Of a DNA stretch of 64,000 nt, positions 10,187-20,163 are shown piece by piece. The position numbers and the translations under genes were made by a program. This DNA comes from an uncultured Candidatus Saccharibacteria bacterium (lineage in GTDB: Bacteria; Patescibacteriota; Saccharimonadia; Saccharimonadales; JAGQNJ01): positions 250,228 through 314,227 of the forward strand of contig OZ246406.1 in the NCBI GenBank assembly GCA_965231045.1, written 5' to 3'. Numbering within the stretch: the first letter of the stretch is position 1; every line of letters starts with the position of its first letter. The notes below the pieces were generated by a model, which made no database searches, had not been told where the DNA came from, and worked only from the letters and a program-made list of their open reading frames with translations.

Positions 10187-11023
10187 TTATCTCCTCTTGC
10201 TTTCATGTCGGGAACGGACAATAAACTTATTACTTACCTTGCGACGTCGTGTCTTGTAACCAAGTGTTTTCTGGCCCCAAGGAGTACGTGGATCTTTGGC
10301 TGTACCATGTCGCCCACCATCACCACCACCATGAGGGTGATCAGTAGCGTTCATAACGACACCACGAACAGTTGGACGGAAGCCCATGTGACGTTTACGT
10401 CCGGCTTTGCCGATCTTTACGTTCTGATGTTGTTCGTTGCCAATAACACCAATGCTAGCCGTACAGTTAACATTAATCATACGGACCTCGCCGCTTGGTA
10501 GTTTAACCTGTGCATATTCGTCATCTTTTGCTGTCAACTGAGCACTTGCACCAGCAGAGCGAACCATTTGAGCGCCTTTTCCAGGCTGAAGTTCAATAGC
10601 ATGAATAACGCTACCAGTTGGAATATTCTTAAGAGGTAGTCGGTTACCGATTTCAATTGGAGCTTCTTCATCACTAGCAATCTTTTGGCCAACTTTCATG
10701 CCCTGAGCAGCTAAAATGTAGTGATACTTGTTTTCAGAATCTTTAATTCGAGCAATGTGAGCTGAGCGATTAGGGTCGTATTCAATAGCTTCAATTGTAG
10801 CTGTAACACCAGGTGCCAGCTTAAAGTTCATAATTCGATAGAAGCGACGAGCTCCACCACCGCGGTGACGGACTGTAATCCGTCCTTGGTTATTTCGTCC
10901 GTTGGTTCGCTTCTTTACGACTGTAAGTGATTTAACTGGTTTCTTAGAAGTAATAGTATCGAAATCACGATTTGTCATACCGCGACGCCCAGGAGTAGTT
11001 GGCTTATATTGAGAAATAGCCAT
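10187..11023 (-). CDS. rplB: ribosomal protein L2
   Basis: 278 aa with the L2 motifs GRNNQGRITVRHRGGG and HPHGGGDGG. Confidence 0.95.
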   Translation of the reverse strand: MAISQYKPTTPGRRGMTNRDFDTITSKKPVKSLTVVKKRTNGRNNQGRITVRHRGGGARRFYRIMNFKLAPGVTATIEAIEYDPNRSAHIARIKDSENKYHYILAAQGMKVGQKIASDEEAPIEIGNRLPLKNIPTGSVIHAIELQPGKGAQMVRSAGASAQLTAKDDEYAQVKLPSGEVRMINVNCTASIGVIGNEQHQNVKIGKAGRKRHMGFRPTVRGVVMNATDHPHGGGDGGRHGTAKDPRTPWGQKTLGYKTRRRKVSNKFIVRSRHESKRR

Positions 11024-11493
11024 TATTTACTACCTCCTCGATCTTGAGTTTGACGTTGAGTTCGGCCAAGTGCTTGACGTAAACCACCACCACGCTTTTG
11101 CTTAACATCAGTTTTGGCGGTTGTCTTAGGCTCAGTTTTTTCAGATTTCTTGTCGGTCTTCTCTGACTTCTTGTCTTCTTCGCCAAAAATATTGATGCTA
11201 TCACCGTCTTTTAGGCGAACATAAGCTTTCTTAGTATCAGCTCGCTTACCGGCAACTGGTCGACGACCTTTTCGATATGACTGCTTAGACTTACCTTTAA
11301 CGACAATAATGCGTACATCTTCGACAGTTACGCCAAATTGATCAACTACTGCATCAGCAACAGTTAATTTGTTGGCAGACATTGGCACGCCAAATACGTA
11401 GGTATTGCCTTCAATGCTTTGGGCGTAAGCTTTTTCACTAACTCGCGGGCGAAGTGCCATAGATTTACTCATTATTTTGTACCTCCAAGCCAC
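11023..11493 (-). CDS. rplW: ribosomal protein L23 with a Lys/Glu-rich C-terminal extension. The true start is probably near 11472 (MSKSMALRP)
   Basis: LRPRVSEKAYAQSIEGNTYVFGVPMSANKLTV is the L23 core. C-terminal DKKSEKTDKKSEKTEPK repeats follow. Confidence 0.8.
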   Translation of the reverse strand: MAWRYKIMSKSMALRPRVSEKAYAQSIEGNTYVFGVPMSANKLTVADAVVDQFGVTVEDVRIIVVKGKSKQSYRKGRRPVAGKRADTKKAYVRLKDGDSINIFGEEDKKSEKTDKKSEKTEPKTTAKTDVKQKRGGGLRQALGRTQRQTQDRGGSK

Positions 11494-12104
11494 TCATGAA
11501 CCATTTCAAGTGCGTCTTTAGTGATAACAATTGTGTCAGCGTTCAAAACGTCATAAACATTAAGATACTTCGCCTGTGTAACTTTAAGTTCGCTAATGTT
11601 GCGTGTTGCTTGCTCTACTTTGGCATCCTTAACATCGACTACAAACAGGACATTTCGTTTAGCGCCAAGTTTTTCAAGCAAATTTACTGTCGTCTTAGTC
11701 TTAGCGTCTTTATTCTCGTATTTCTCGATGACTATAAGTTTGTCTTGACTTAGAGTTAAAGCTTGTCGAAGAGCCTGTCGCTTTGTAGTCGTATTAAGTT
11801 TATGGCTGTAGTTCTCGTTGCCAGTAGGACCGAAAGCAATACCACCGCCACGCCAGATTGGGTTACGACTTGAACCAAAACGTGCACGGCCTGTACCCTT
11901 TTGACGCCATGGTTTCTTACCACCACCGCTAACTTCACCGCGCTTCTTTGTCTGCGCAAAGTTACCTCGGCCATTAGCAAGATAAGCAACGTAGGCTTGC
12001 TTTAATAACTCATGGTTTTCGACGTTAACACCGAAAACTGACTTGTCCAACTTAGCAGGAGTTGTGGCCTTTGAACCTGTCTTAGTAAAAGTAGCGACGC
12101 TCAT
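11472..12104 (-). CDS. rplD: ribosomal protein L4
   Basis: 210 aa. L4 motifs WRQKGTGRARFGSSRNPIWRGGGIAFGP. Confidence 0.9.
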   Translation of the reverse strand: MSVATFTKTGSKATTPAKLDKSVFGVNVENHELLKQAYVAYLANGRGNFAQTKKRGEVSGGGKKPWRQKGTGRARFGSSRNPIWRGGGIAFGPTGNENYSHKLNTTTKRQALRQALTLSQDKLIVIEKYENKDAKTKTTVNLLEKLGAKRNVLFVVDVKDAKVEQATRNISELKVTQAKYLNVYDVLNADTIVITKDALEMVHEWLGGTK

Positions 12105-12719
12105 TTATTTCACTCCCTTTACTAAAACAATTCCTTTGTTTGGCCCAGGGACAGCACCAACAACACCTATAACGTTAAGCTCGGTATCAACAAGTGCGAT
12201 TTTAAGGTTCTTAACAGTTACTCGCTCATCACCCATCTGGCCTGGCATCTTTTTGCCCTTGAAAATACGTTGTGGGTACATTGAACCAATTGAACCAACT
12301 TTACGTGTATTACCCTTACCACCATGTGTTTTACGCTGACGGTGGAAGTTATAGCGCTTGATTGTTCCGGCCCAACCTTTACCTTTGCTTGTACCAACTA
12401 CATCTACAACATCACCAACACTAAAAATGTCGGCGCTTAGTTTTGCTCCGACATTCATATCTTCATTAAGCTCATCAACACGAAATTCACGAATAATTTT
12501 AGCGTTGGCTTTCGCGTTCTTCATGTGCCCAGCCTGCGGCTTGGTAACATGCTTTGCTTGCTCAAAACCAACTTGAAGTGCTGTATAACCGTCTTTTTCT
12601 GTATCTTTTACTTGGGTAATAACATTATCAGTGGCAGATAAAAGAGTAACAGGAAGCATAGTACCGTCATCTTGTATGGTACTTGTCATGCCGATTTTTC
12701 GGGTAATGAGTGCTTTCAC
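12105..12719 (-). CDS. rplC: ribosomal protein L3
   Basis: MKALITRKIGMTSTIQDDG...GKGWAGTIKRYNFHRQRKTHG is canonical L3. Confidence 0.95.
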   Translation of the reverse strand: MKALITRKIGMTSTIQDDGTMLPVTLLSATDNVITQVKDTEKDGYTALQVGFEQAKHVTKPQAGHMKNAKANAKIIREFRVDELNEDMNVGAKLSADIFSVGDVVDVVGTSKGKGWAGTIKRYNFHRQRKTHGGKGNTRKVGSIGSMYPQRIFKGKKMPGQMGDERVTVKNLKIALVDTELNVIGVVGAVPGPNKGIVLVKGVK

Positions 12720-12890
12720 TCCTGTCTAAACCTTTCTGCTGTAGTTTGATACAGACATAAAAATGCTTGGTTGCTGCTGGTTTTCACCTCTGTTAATGGC
12801 GGGTGAACCTTGCCAACTAACCAAGAATAATTTAAAGATACCATAACAGAGTACTACAAAATCACTACCTCTGTCAATATGTTGTTTATT

Positions 12891-13154
12891 CTACAAGGTT
12901 ATATACAAACCAATTGGCGCCCAGAAGCCAATCAGCATAGCGACCAAAAGAACCGCATATTCAATCTTACGATCAATCTTAAAGTGTTCATGAGTCGTAA
13001 ATATTAAGCCAACAATGAATCCAGCAGGAATAGGTATCTGCATATCACCTCTTGTTATCTTGACCCACAGCGATCCCACAATTAGATACATTACGAGCTT
13101 AAGAAAGTATGTGCTGTCTGTTTCATTGTTTCTAGGTTTCTTTGATTTCGTCAT
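12891..13154 (-). CDS. small hypothetical membrane protein (87 aa, 2-3 TM)
   Basis: Hydrophobic segments are present. Its start overlaps the stop of the upstream 308-aa gene by 4 nt (ATGA-type coupling). No recognisable family. Confidence 0.45.
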   Translation of the reverse strand: MTKSKKPRNNETDSTYFLKLVMYLIVGSLWVKITRGDMQIPIPAGFIVGLIFTTHEHFKIDRKIEYAVLLVAMLIGFWAPIGLYITL

Positions 13155-14077
13155 TTTTGGTTCTTTCTACTCTTAAACACATTAGAAAATATTATTGGTT
13201 TCTGGTAGTAGTTCCCGATCCAAATTACACTTACTAAGCCAACGGCGAATAGATGTCCGTACACTTCAGTAATACCTAGCAAACATGCTGTCGTTATCAT
13301 TGTTAGGAGTATACCCAGAACTACGAGCCTAGGAACAATGTTTAGAATCAAGAGGAGTCCAAATAACAACTCCATTGCTCCCATAACCACAATAAACAGT
13401 CTATTTGGGACACTTAGTACAGATAGAAAGTTCCAGTTATGGATTTGTAAAAAAGCAAAAGACAACTCTGGGTGAAGTAATTTTTCATCAAGCGCTAACA
13501 ATACTAAACTAAAACCAATTAGTTGCTGATACAGAAGATACGTACGGTTTTTTAGCGAATCATAAGGTTTGTGCCATAACTTTAGGAAGCTGTCTAAAGA
13601 GTACTTGCCAGCACCAGACACAATAAGCAAGATTGCGGCTGCAAGATATTCTAGATGCTCAAGTACATCATCAAGGGGTAGTTTAAATAGCAGTAGACCG
13701 TAAATAATAATCATCGCTAGCGCTGTAAACCTTGTGAGCAGACCAAAGACCCATGATAAGCCAATAATAAGTAGCACAGTCATCATAAGTTCACTATGCC
13801 AATGTATATTTACTGCAATCAGCTGATCTTGATAGTAGGCAACTAGTAGACCGCTACCAGCCACTACTCGAACAATTGTAGGTATGTATTTAACAAATGT
13901 CTTAGTTGAGTTATCAATTTTTTCATTTAGACCTCTAAAAAGTTTCTCAACGAATAGGGCCACGAATACTCCAAAGACAACAATTAGGGCAACAACTATC
14001 CATTCTAATAATGACAGATGCGGGACAACAGGGACGTTGTTCGTAACAAACCATTTAACATGTGCAATGTAAAACAT
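13151..14077 (-). CDS. hypothetical polytopic membrane protein (308 aa), possibly with a DoxX-like N-terminal half
   Basis: Eight or more hydrophobic helices. The segment LIVSGAGKYSLDSFL resembles the DoxX family C-terminal G-x-G-x-x-S-l-D signature. The match is weak. Confidence 0.5.
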   Translation of the reverse strand: MFYIAHVKWFVTNNVPVVPHLSLLEWIVVALIVVFGVFVALFVEKLFRGLNEKIDNSTKTFVKYIPTIVRVVAGSGLLVAYYQDQLIAVNIHWHSELMMTVLLIIGLSWVFGLLTRFTALAMIIIYGLLLFKLPLDDVLEHLEYLAAAILLIVSGAGKYSLDSFLKLWHKPYDSLKNRTYLLYQQLIGFSLVLLALDEKLLHPELSFAFLQIHNWNFLSVLSVPNRLFIVVMGAMELLFGLLLILNIVPRLVVLGILLTMITTACLLGITEVYGHLFAVGLVSVIWIGNYYQKPIIFSNVFKSRKNQK

Positions 14078-14106
14078 AGTAATTATGCTTATTATAACCT
14101 AGTTAT

Positions 14107-14778
14107 TTACAAAATGTCTTCAATAGGTACTACAAAGCTATCGTCAACTAACCTATCGGCCATTTTTTGCATTTCGTATTCAGCATCACGCTGTACGGGT
14201 GAAGCGCGTCTTATTTCCGCTTCAACCATGGATGTTATCGCTGTTGCACCCATATACCCAAGTGAACACAAAAACAAATCTTGGCGCTGCTGATCGACGG
14301 GCCTTGATGGGTTATCAACATAGCTAAGCACCCTTGGATACCTCGGCTTTCGTAAGTGATCGACAAAACTTGAACCGACGTCACGAACACGATCCTCAAG
14401 GTCCCGGGTGGCATCAACTGGTCCTTTCCGTATTGCGGCTAAATTTTCTATTGAAACAGCTCTAAATCGTGGAAATAGTGCATTTCCAAGTGCACCTTTG
14501 GCAAACGCAGCCCCAAATACCAAGCCATATTCAATAGCTGCAGGAAATGGTTTTAGTTGATCAGTATCAAATCCTTGTTTGGCTTGATGATCTTCAACTG
14601 TATTTCTAATCTCCACACTAAATTCATGGCCAATCTTCTTTCTTGCATTTTTAAAGAAGTCAGCCATCTTACTTCCTTTTACATCCCTTAGGAATTGCCT
14701 GGTAGTTCTGTCTATCCTTCTATCAAGCCTGTCTACGGATCTTCGTGATAGAGGCAGTGCGTTGTATGACTCGGTCAT
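14107..14778 (-). CDS. hypothetical protein (223 aa), apparently soluble, unknown function
   Basis: Long ORF tightly packed between rpsJ (11 nt upstream) and the 308-aa membrane gene (29 nt downstream). I recognise no motifs. Confidence 0.5.
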   Translation of the reverse strand: MTESYNALPLSRRSVDRLDRRIDRTTRQFLRDVKGSKMADFFKNARKKIGHEFSVEIRNTVEDHQAKQGFDTDQLKPFPAAIEYGLVFGAAFAKGALGNALFPRFRAVSIENLAAIRKGPVDATRDLEDRVRDVGSSFVDHLRKPRYPRVLSYVDNPSRPVDQQRQDLFLCSLGYMGATAITSMVEAEIRRASPVQRDAEYEMQKMADRLVDDSFVVPIEDIL

Positions 14779-14789
14779 GTTACAAAATA

Positions 14790-15149
14790 TTACATTTTGA
14801 TTTCGGCATCACAACCTGCTGGTAGTGACAAGTTCATAAGACTATCAATAGTCTTTGGAGTTGGGTCCAAAACATCAATTAAACGTTTGTGAATACGCAT
14901 TTCAAACTGTTCACGACCCTTTTTGTAAACATGTGGGCTTTTTACAACCGTATAGACTGTTCGTCGAGTTGGCAATGGTATTGGGCCAGCGATAGTTGCG
15001 CCTGTTCGTAGCGCAGTATCAACGATCTGCTTGGCTGATTGATCAATTACTTTGTGATCGTAAGCTTTTAAGCGAATACGAATACGTTGTTTTGTACTAG
15101 CTTCAGGCTTTACTGCCTTATCTGAGGTTGGCTTTTTTTCTTCAGCCAT
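14790..15149 (-). CDS. rpsJ: ribosomal protein S10 with a 17-aa Lys/Glu-rich N-terminal extension
   Basis: [31 protein letters not shown]...[10 protein letters not shown] is canonical S10. Confidence 0.9.
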   Translation of the reverse strand: MAEEKKPTSDKAVKPEASTKQRIRIRLKAYDHKVIDQSAKQIVDTALRTGATIAGPIPLPTRRTVYTVVKSPHVYKKGREQFEMRIHKRLIDVLDPTPKTIDSLMNLSLPAGCDAEIKM

Positions 15150-15256
15150 AATTTAGTCTCCTTGTGATGTAACATCTTTGCAGTCTTATTGAGAAGATTT
15201 GCAACGACTTTTAGTCATCACGATTAGTTTACGTTTGTATTTTATAACAAATCTAT

Positions 15257-15589
15257 CTATTTGTATAGGTTCTGCCATACTTTCCACAGCTCAGCACGGT
15301 ATAGAGAACGAGCTTGTTCTTCTGAAACTTGACCGCCATATTGACAATCATGATTCGCTGGCTGCGATAGAAAATTCCTTGAAAAACGATTAAACGTGTC
15401 TGTGTCATCTGTTTCTAAGGTACCCTCGCTTACAATTTCATTGGTATCAATTCGTGTCCAGTAATGTCCAATCAAATCACCTTTAATAATGCCTAGTAAT
15501 TCTTGGCATGAAAATGTGGTCCCTGCAATAGGAAAAGCCATAGCACTTTCTTGTGTTCTAGAATGTATCTCAAAATTTTCGTCCTTCAT
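15257..15589 (-). CDS. hypothetical small protein (~110 aa from the ATG at 15587-15589; the ORF track used an upstream TTG)
   Basis: Its ORF overlaps the upstream 66-aa ORF by 20 nt (ATGAAGGACGAAAATTTTGA contains both its ATG and the upstream TGA). No recognisable family. Confidence 0.4.
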   Translation of the reverse strand: MKDENFEIHSRTQESAMAFPIAGTTFSCQELLGIIKGDLIGHYWTRIDTNEIVSEGTLETDDTDTFNRFSRNFLSQPANHDCQYGGQVSEEQARSLYRAELWKVWQNLYK

Positions 15590-15770
15590 GGAAGACAATT
15601 ATGTCACTTTTTTGTAAGAAAAGGAAGTACACCCTTGGAATATCAGATTCATATATGATGTGAAGTTCATTACTCTGCTGAATAATATTCATAACTTGTT
15701 TGAAGGACTGAAGAGTATGTTGATCTTTAAACAAAACACGCCGACATAAGCTATGACGATTGGCGTTCAT
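15570..15770 (-). CDS. hypothetical small protein (66 aa), upstream partner of the overlapping pair
   Basis: ATG start at 15768-15770, TGA at 15570-15572. Translationally coupled to the downstream 110-aa ORF. Confidence 0.35.
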   Translation of the reverse strand: MNANRHSLCRRVLFKDQHTLQSFKQVMNIIQQSNELHIIYESDIPRVYFLFLQKSDIIVFHEGRKF

Positions 15771-15789
15771 TTGGTGATATAATTTGTTA

Positions 15790-16368
15790 ATGAATCAAGA
15801 AAATCAACAACCACAAGAAACGCAACAGACACAGCTTCAACAACCAACAATTAAAACATCTGAGCCTGCGCCAACTCCACCACAGACTCCAGACCCAGTT
15901 ACACCTCAAGCACTTGAGAATAATAATCCGAATATTACTTCTACATCACCATCGTCAACAATACTGGTTTCTTCAGATCCAACACTTCAAAAACTAGTAA
16001 AGAACTCCAGCCTAGCATTGCTAATAATGGGTGTGATCCTAATTCCTGTTTCTTTGTTTTTATTCTTATTTGTTAACTTATTCTCTGTTATAGACTTAGC
16101 TTTCGCGATTATATACGTCATTATCGGCATTAAATTAAGATCTGCAGATATAACAATTGCTAAAAGTATTAAATACATGCAAATTGCTGCCGCTTGCATT
16201 ATTGTGACCATATTATTAATCATTGCGTTGTCAATTGTTACAGGAAAGTTTGGTAATGTGGGTCTCATCCAAATACTGTCATTATTCTTCATCTCTAAAG
16301 TGTTCTCTTACCTTTATGACAAAGGGCTTACGACGAGCAGGTCATTAGCAAGCGCCAAGTTAAAATAG
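15790..16368 (+). CDS. hypothetical membrane protein with a Gln/Pro/Thr-rich low-complexity N-terminus followed by 3-4 TM helices
   Basis: The ORF track starts at the TTG at 15784. The ATG at 15790 gives MNQENQQPQETQQTQLQQPTIK..., then hydrophobic helices. A rho-independent terminator follows. Confidence 0.5.
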   Translation: MNQENQQPQETQQTQLQQPTIKTSEPAPTPPQTPDPVTPQALENNNPNITSTSPSSTILVSSDPTLQKLVKNSSLALLIMGVILIPVSLFLFLFVNLFSVIDLAFAIIYVIIGIKLRSADITIAKSIKYMQIAAACIIVTILLIIALSIVTGKFGNVGLIQILSLFFISKVFSYLYDKGLTTSRSLASAKLK

Positions 16369-16381
16369 TAATCAACTTAAA

Positions 16382-16416
16382 AGAGCTCCCATTTTTGAAT
16401 TTTGGGAGCTCTTTTT
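16382..16416. terminator. bidirectional rho-independent terminator between the convergent membrane-protein gene and tuf
   Basis: AGAGCTCCCA-tttttgaatttt-TGGGAGCTCT is a perfect 10-bp stem, followed by TTTTT on the + strand and flanked by TTTT on the - strand. Confidence 0.8.
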
Positions 16417-16438
16417 GGCTTCTCGGTAGCTAAGGCTG

Positions 16439-17620
16439 CTACTTGCTGATTTTAGTTACAACACCAGCACCAACTGTTCGGCCACCTTCACGAATAGCAA
16501 AGCGTAGACCTTGTTCCATGGCAATTGGAGCAAGCAACTTAACCTTAAAGGTTACTGTGTCACCTGGCATAACCATTTCTTTGTCAGCTGGAAGTTCAAC
16601 TTCACCAGTTACGTCCGTAGTACGGAAGTAGAACTGTGGCTTGTAGCCCTTGAAGAATGGAGTGTGTCGTCCACCTTCTTCTTTAGTAAGAATATAAACT
16701 TCAGCGTCAAATTCAGTATGCGGTGTAATTGTACCTGGCTTAGCCAAAACTTGACCACGTTCTATATCTTCACGCTCAATACCTCGGAGCAATACACCAA
16801 CGTTGTCCCCAGCTTGACCTTGATCAAGATTTTTCTTGAACATTTCAACACCAGTTACAACTGACTTAGTTGTATCTTTAATACCAACGATTTCAACTTC
16901 GTCGTTGATCTTGACGATACCCTGCTCAACACGGCCGGTAGCAACTGTACCACGACCCTTAATTGAGAAGACGTCTTCGATAGGCATCAAGAATGGCTTA
17001 TCAAGATCTCGCTTTGGCTCTGGAACGTAATCATCCATAGCCTTAACAAGTTCCATAACTGCATCTTCGTCAGCAGCACTACCTTCAAGAGCTTTTGTAG
17101 CAGAACCCTTGATAATAGGAGCATTTTCGTCAAAGTCGTACTTAGCAAGCAATTCACGGATGTCCATTTCAACTAGTTCAACAAGTTCTGGATCAGCAAG
17201 GTCCATCTTGTTCATGAATACTAGGATTGAAGGAACACCAACCTGCTTAGCAAGAAGAACGTGTTCACGAGTTTGTGGCATAGGACCGTCGGCTGCAGAT
17301 ACAACCAAAATAGCACCATCAACCTGAGCGGCACCTGTAATCATGTTCTTAACGTAGTCTGCGTGTCCTGGCATGTCCACGTGAGCATAGTGTCGCTTTT
17401 CTGACTCATACTCTTGGTGAGACGTAGCAATGGTAATACCACGAGCCTTCTCTTCTGGGGCGTTATCGATTTGTGAGTAATCAACTTTCTTGTTTACATC
17501 ACTTGGTAATTTTTTTGCGAGTACAGCAGTAATCGCAGCTGTTAGTGTTGTTTTGCCGTGGTCAACGTGACCCATAGTACCAACGTTGACATGAGGCTTG
17601 CTTCGGTCAAAATCTGCCAT
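16439..17620 (-). CDS. tuf: elongation factor Tu
   Basis: [28 protein letters not shown], 393 aa. Confidence 0.97.
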   Translation of the reverse strand: MADFDRSKPHVNVGTMGHVDHGKTTLTAAITAVLAKKLPSDVNKKVDYSQIDNAPEEKARGITIATSHQEYESEKRHYAHVDMPGHADYVKNMITGAAQVDGAILVVSAADGPMPQTREHVLLAKQVGVPSILVFMNKMDLADPELVELVEMDIRELLAKYDFDENAPIIKGSATKALEGSAADEDAVMELVKAMDDYVPEPKRDLDKPFLMPIEDVFSIKGRGTVATGRVEQGIVKINDEVEIVGIKDTTKSVVTGVEMFKKNLDQGQAGDNVGVLLRGIEREDIERGQVLAKPGTITPHTEFDAEVYILTKEEGGRHTPFFKGYKPQFYFRTTDVTGEVELPADKEMVMPGDTVTFKVKLLAPIAMEQGLRFAIREGGRTVGAGVVTKISK

Positions 17621-17729
17621 TTAATTAGCTCCTATTATTTACTTATCTGATTAGTTTTCGCGCAATCTAAGCACTAGCTCGCACGAGTTACCAAGATATC
17701 TTATCTGATCTTAAGAAGTTTGTAAATAG

Positions 17730-18026
17730 TTATTCAGAGGTATCGTTTGTTTCATAGCCGGCGCGCAAATCACAGGTTGCTTTTAAGGGACATTTGAAGC
17801 CTCTTATTAGGGTTTTCTTTGGTCCTTTACAGTTAGCATTAATTTCAACTGTTACTTCAGACGGTAGCTCAGGGTGAAAAACCCTGTTCATAGTGTAGTT
17901 AGCGACTGCTTGACCCTTTAAATAGTCAGCAATGCCTTCAGGGTTGCATGTCCTGTAACACATATCTGAAACTTGTAAGTTTACTTCAGTAGCTGCTACA
18001 ACTGTCAAATTTTCTCGATCTGTCAT
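17730..18026 (-). CDS. hypothetical small Cys-containing protein (98 aa) in the fusA-tuf spacer
   Basis: The ORF fills a roughly 450-nt fusA-tuf gap that is normally under 100 nt. Five Cys (CYRTC ... CKGP ... KCP ... TC). No recognisable family. Confidence 0.35.
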   Translation of the reverse strand: MTDRENLTVVAATEVNLQVSDMCYRTCNPEGIADYLKGQAVANYTMNRVFHPELPSEVTVEINANCKGPKKTLIRGFKCPLKATCDLRAGYETNDTSE

Positions 18027-18072
18027 GGGCTTAATATGTTATGAAATACTCTAAAACGCAAGCTTAAGCATA

Positions 18073-20163
18073 TTATTTGCTGTTTTTAGCGACGATAGCT
18101 TCAGCAACGTTGTTAGGAACGTCAGCGTAATGGTCGAGCTCCATACTTGAGCTAGCTCGGCCTTGAGTCATCGAACGTAGGTTAGTTGTGTAACCAAACA
18201 TTTCACCTAGTGGCACGAATGCTGTAACTTCTTTGATGCCACTTGTGAGGTCTTCCATTGATTCGATACGGCCACGCTTTGAGTTAAGATCACCAATAAC
18301 GTCACCCATAAAATCTTCTGGAGTTACAACAACTACTTTCATGATTGGCTCTAGAAGTACTGGTGCTGCTTTTTTAACACCGTCTTGCAGTGCCATCGAT
18401 CCAGCAATCTTGAAGGCCATTTCTGATGAGTCAACATCATGATAACTTCCGTCGTAAAGCTCAGCTTTGATGTCAACAACTGGATAACCAGCCAAAACAC
18501 CGTTAGCCATAGCTTCAACGATACCGTCCTGAACAGGCTTGATGTATTCAGATGGTACAACTCCACCCTTGATAGAGTTGATGAATTCAAAGCCCTTTCC
18601 GGCCTCGTTTTGACTAAGTCGCAACCATACGTGACCGTATTGACCACGACCACCAGATTGACGTACAAACTTTCCTTCGACTTCAACGGCATCTTTCCGA
18701 ATAGTTTCTCGATAAGCAACTTGTGGCTGACCAATATCGGCCTCAACGTTAAACTCACGCTTCATTCGATCAACAATAATCTCAAGGTGTAGCTCACCCA
18801 TTCCAGAAATAATTGTCTGGCCGGTTTCATCGTCCACGTGAACTCGGAATGTTGGGTCTTCTTCAGCTAGACGTTGCAAAGCCAGGCTCATTTTTTCTTG
18901 GTCGGCCTTAGTCTTAGGCTCGATAGCAATACTTACAGGTGGTTCTGGGAAGGTAATACTTTCAAGAATAATTGACTTGTTAGTATCGCAAAGTGTGTTA
19001 CCGGTGGTTGTGCCCTTAAGGCCAACTACAGCCGCAATGTCTCCTGCGCCAATTTCTGTGATATCTTCACGCTTATCGGCTTGCATTCGAACTAAACGTC
19101 CAATGCGCTCTTTTTCACCAGTAGAGCTATTCAATACGTACGAGCCGGCTTGGAACTTACCAGAATAGACGCGTATAAAGCACAACTTACCTACAAATGG
19201 GTCGGTTGCAATCTTGAAGGCAATTGCTGCCATTGGCTCGGCATCATCAGGTTTTCGCTCAATCTCATCACCAGTCTTAGGTTGAGTGCCCCAAACTGAG
19301 CCACGATCAAGTGGACTTGGTAGAAAATCAGTAACTGCATCAAGTAGCTTCTCAACAATTACACCACGTCCATCGCCGCCAGTTACGGCAAAGAACTTAC
19401 CAGACAACACGGCTGTACGGATAGCTGATCGAATGTCGTCTTCACTTAGACCTTCTTCACCAACTTCAAAGTACTTCTCAAGCATCTTTTCGTCTTCAGC
19501 AACAGCGTTTTCAATAAGTAGACTACGGTATTTCTTAACTTGGTCCATCATATCGGCTGGGATATCACCTTCAACAAGGTTTTTATCAGTAAACTCGTTG
19601 TATGTGTAGGCCTTCATAGTAATAAGATCAACTACACCGTTGATACTTTGCTCGAAACCAATTGGTAGATGAATTGGAAAAGCTCGTTTTGAAAGACGAT
19701 TGTGAATAGATTCAAGAGACTTGTAGAAATCACCACCAGTTTGGTTGATTTTGTTGATAAAGCAGATACGTGGCACACCGTACTTATCAGCTTGGCGCCA
19801 AACAGTTTCAGACTGACTTTCGACACCCATTTTACCGTCAAAGACAGTCACAGCACCGTCAAGAACACGAAGTGAACGCTCAACCTCAGCAGTAAAGTCA
19901 ATGTGTCCTGGAGTATCGATAATGTTAATCTTATGATCACGCCAGAAACAGGTTACAGCAGCAGAAGTAATGGTAATACCACGTTCACGCTCTTGAGCCA
20001 TCCAGTCAGTAGTAGTTTCGCCCTCATGAACGGCACCAATTTTGTGCTTTAGTCCTGTTCGGTACAAAATACCTTCTGTAGTTGTGGTCTTACCAGCGTC
20101 AATGTGCGCAATAATACCAATATTCCGGAAATTCTTTAGTTCAATCTTTTTATCTGCCATCAT
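18073..20163 (-). CDS. fusA: elongation factor G
   Basis: [25 protein letters not shown], 696 aa. Confidence 0.97.
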   Translation of the reverse strand: MMADKKIELKNFRNIGIIAHIDAGKTTTTEGILYRTGLKHKIGAVHEGETTTDWMAQERERGITITSAAVTCFWRDHKINIIDTPGHIDFTAEVERSLRVLDGAVTVFDGKMGVESQSETVWRQADKYGVPRICFINKINQTGGDFYKSLESIHNRLSKRAFPIHLPIGFEQSINGVVDLITMKAYTYNEFTDKNLVEGDIPADMMDQVKKYRSLLIENAVAEDEKMLEKYFEVGEEGLSEDDIRSAIRTAVLSGKFFAVTGGDGRGVIVEKLLDAVTDFLPSPLDRGSVWGTQPKTGDEIERKPDDAEPMAAIAFKIATDPFVGKLCFIRVYSGKFQAGSYVLNSSTGEKERIGRLVRMQADKREDITEIGAGDIAAVVGLKGTTTGNTLCDTNKSIILESITFPEPPVSIAIEPKTKADQEKMSLALQRLAEEDPTFRVHVDDETGQTIISGMGELHLEIIVDRMKREFNVEADIGQPQVAYRETIRKDAVEVEGKFVRQSGGRGQYGHVWLRLSQNEAGKGFEFINSIKGGVVPSEYIKPVQDGIVEAMANGVLAGYPVVDIKAELYDGSYHDVDSSEMAFKIAGSMALQDGVKKAAPVLLEPIMKVVVVTPEDFMGDVIGDLNSKRGRIESMEDLTSGIKEVTAFVPLGEMFGYTTNLRSMTQGRASSSMELDHYADVPNNVAEAIVAKNSK

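Noticed and set aside
15570-15598. Considered the 66-aa and 113-aa ORFs as one gene split by a sequencing frameshift
   Set aside because: An in-frame ATG within the overlap gives a classic ATG/TGA coupled-gene arrangement. However, the A6 homopolymer at 15606-15611 means a frameshift artefact cannot be fully excluded.
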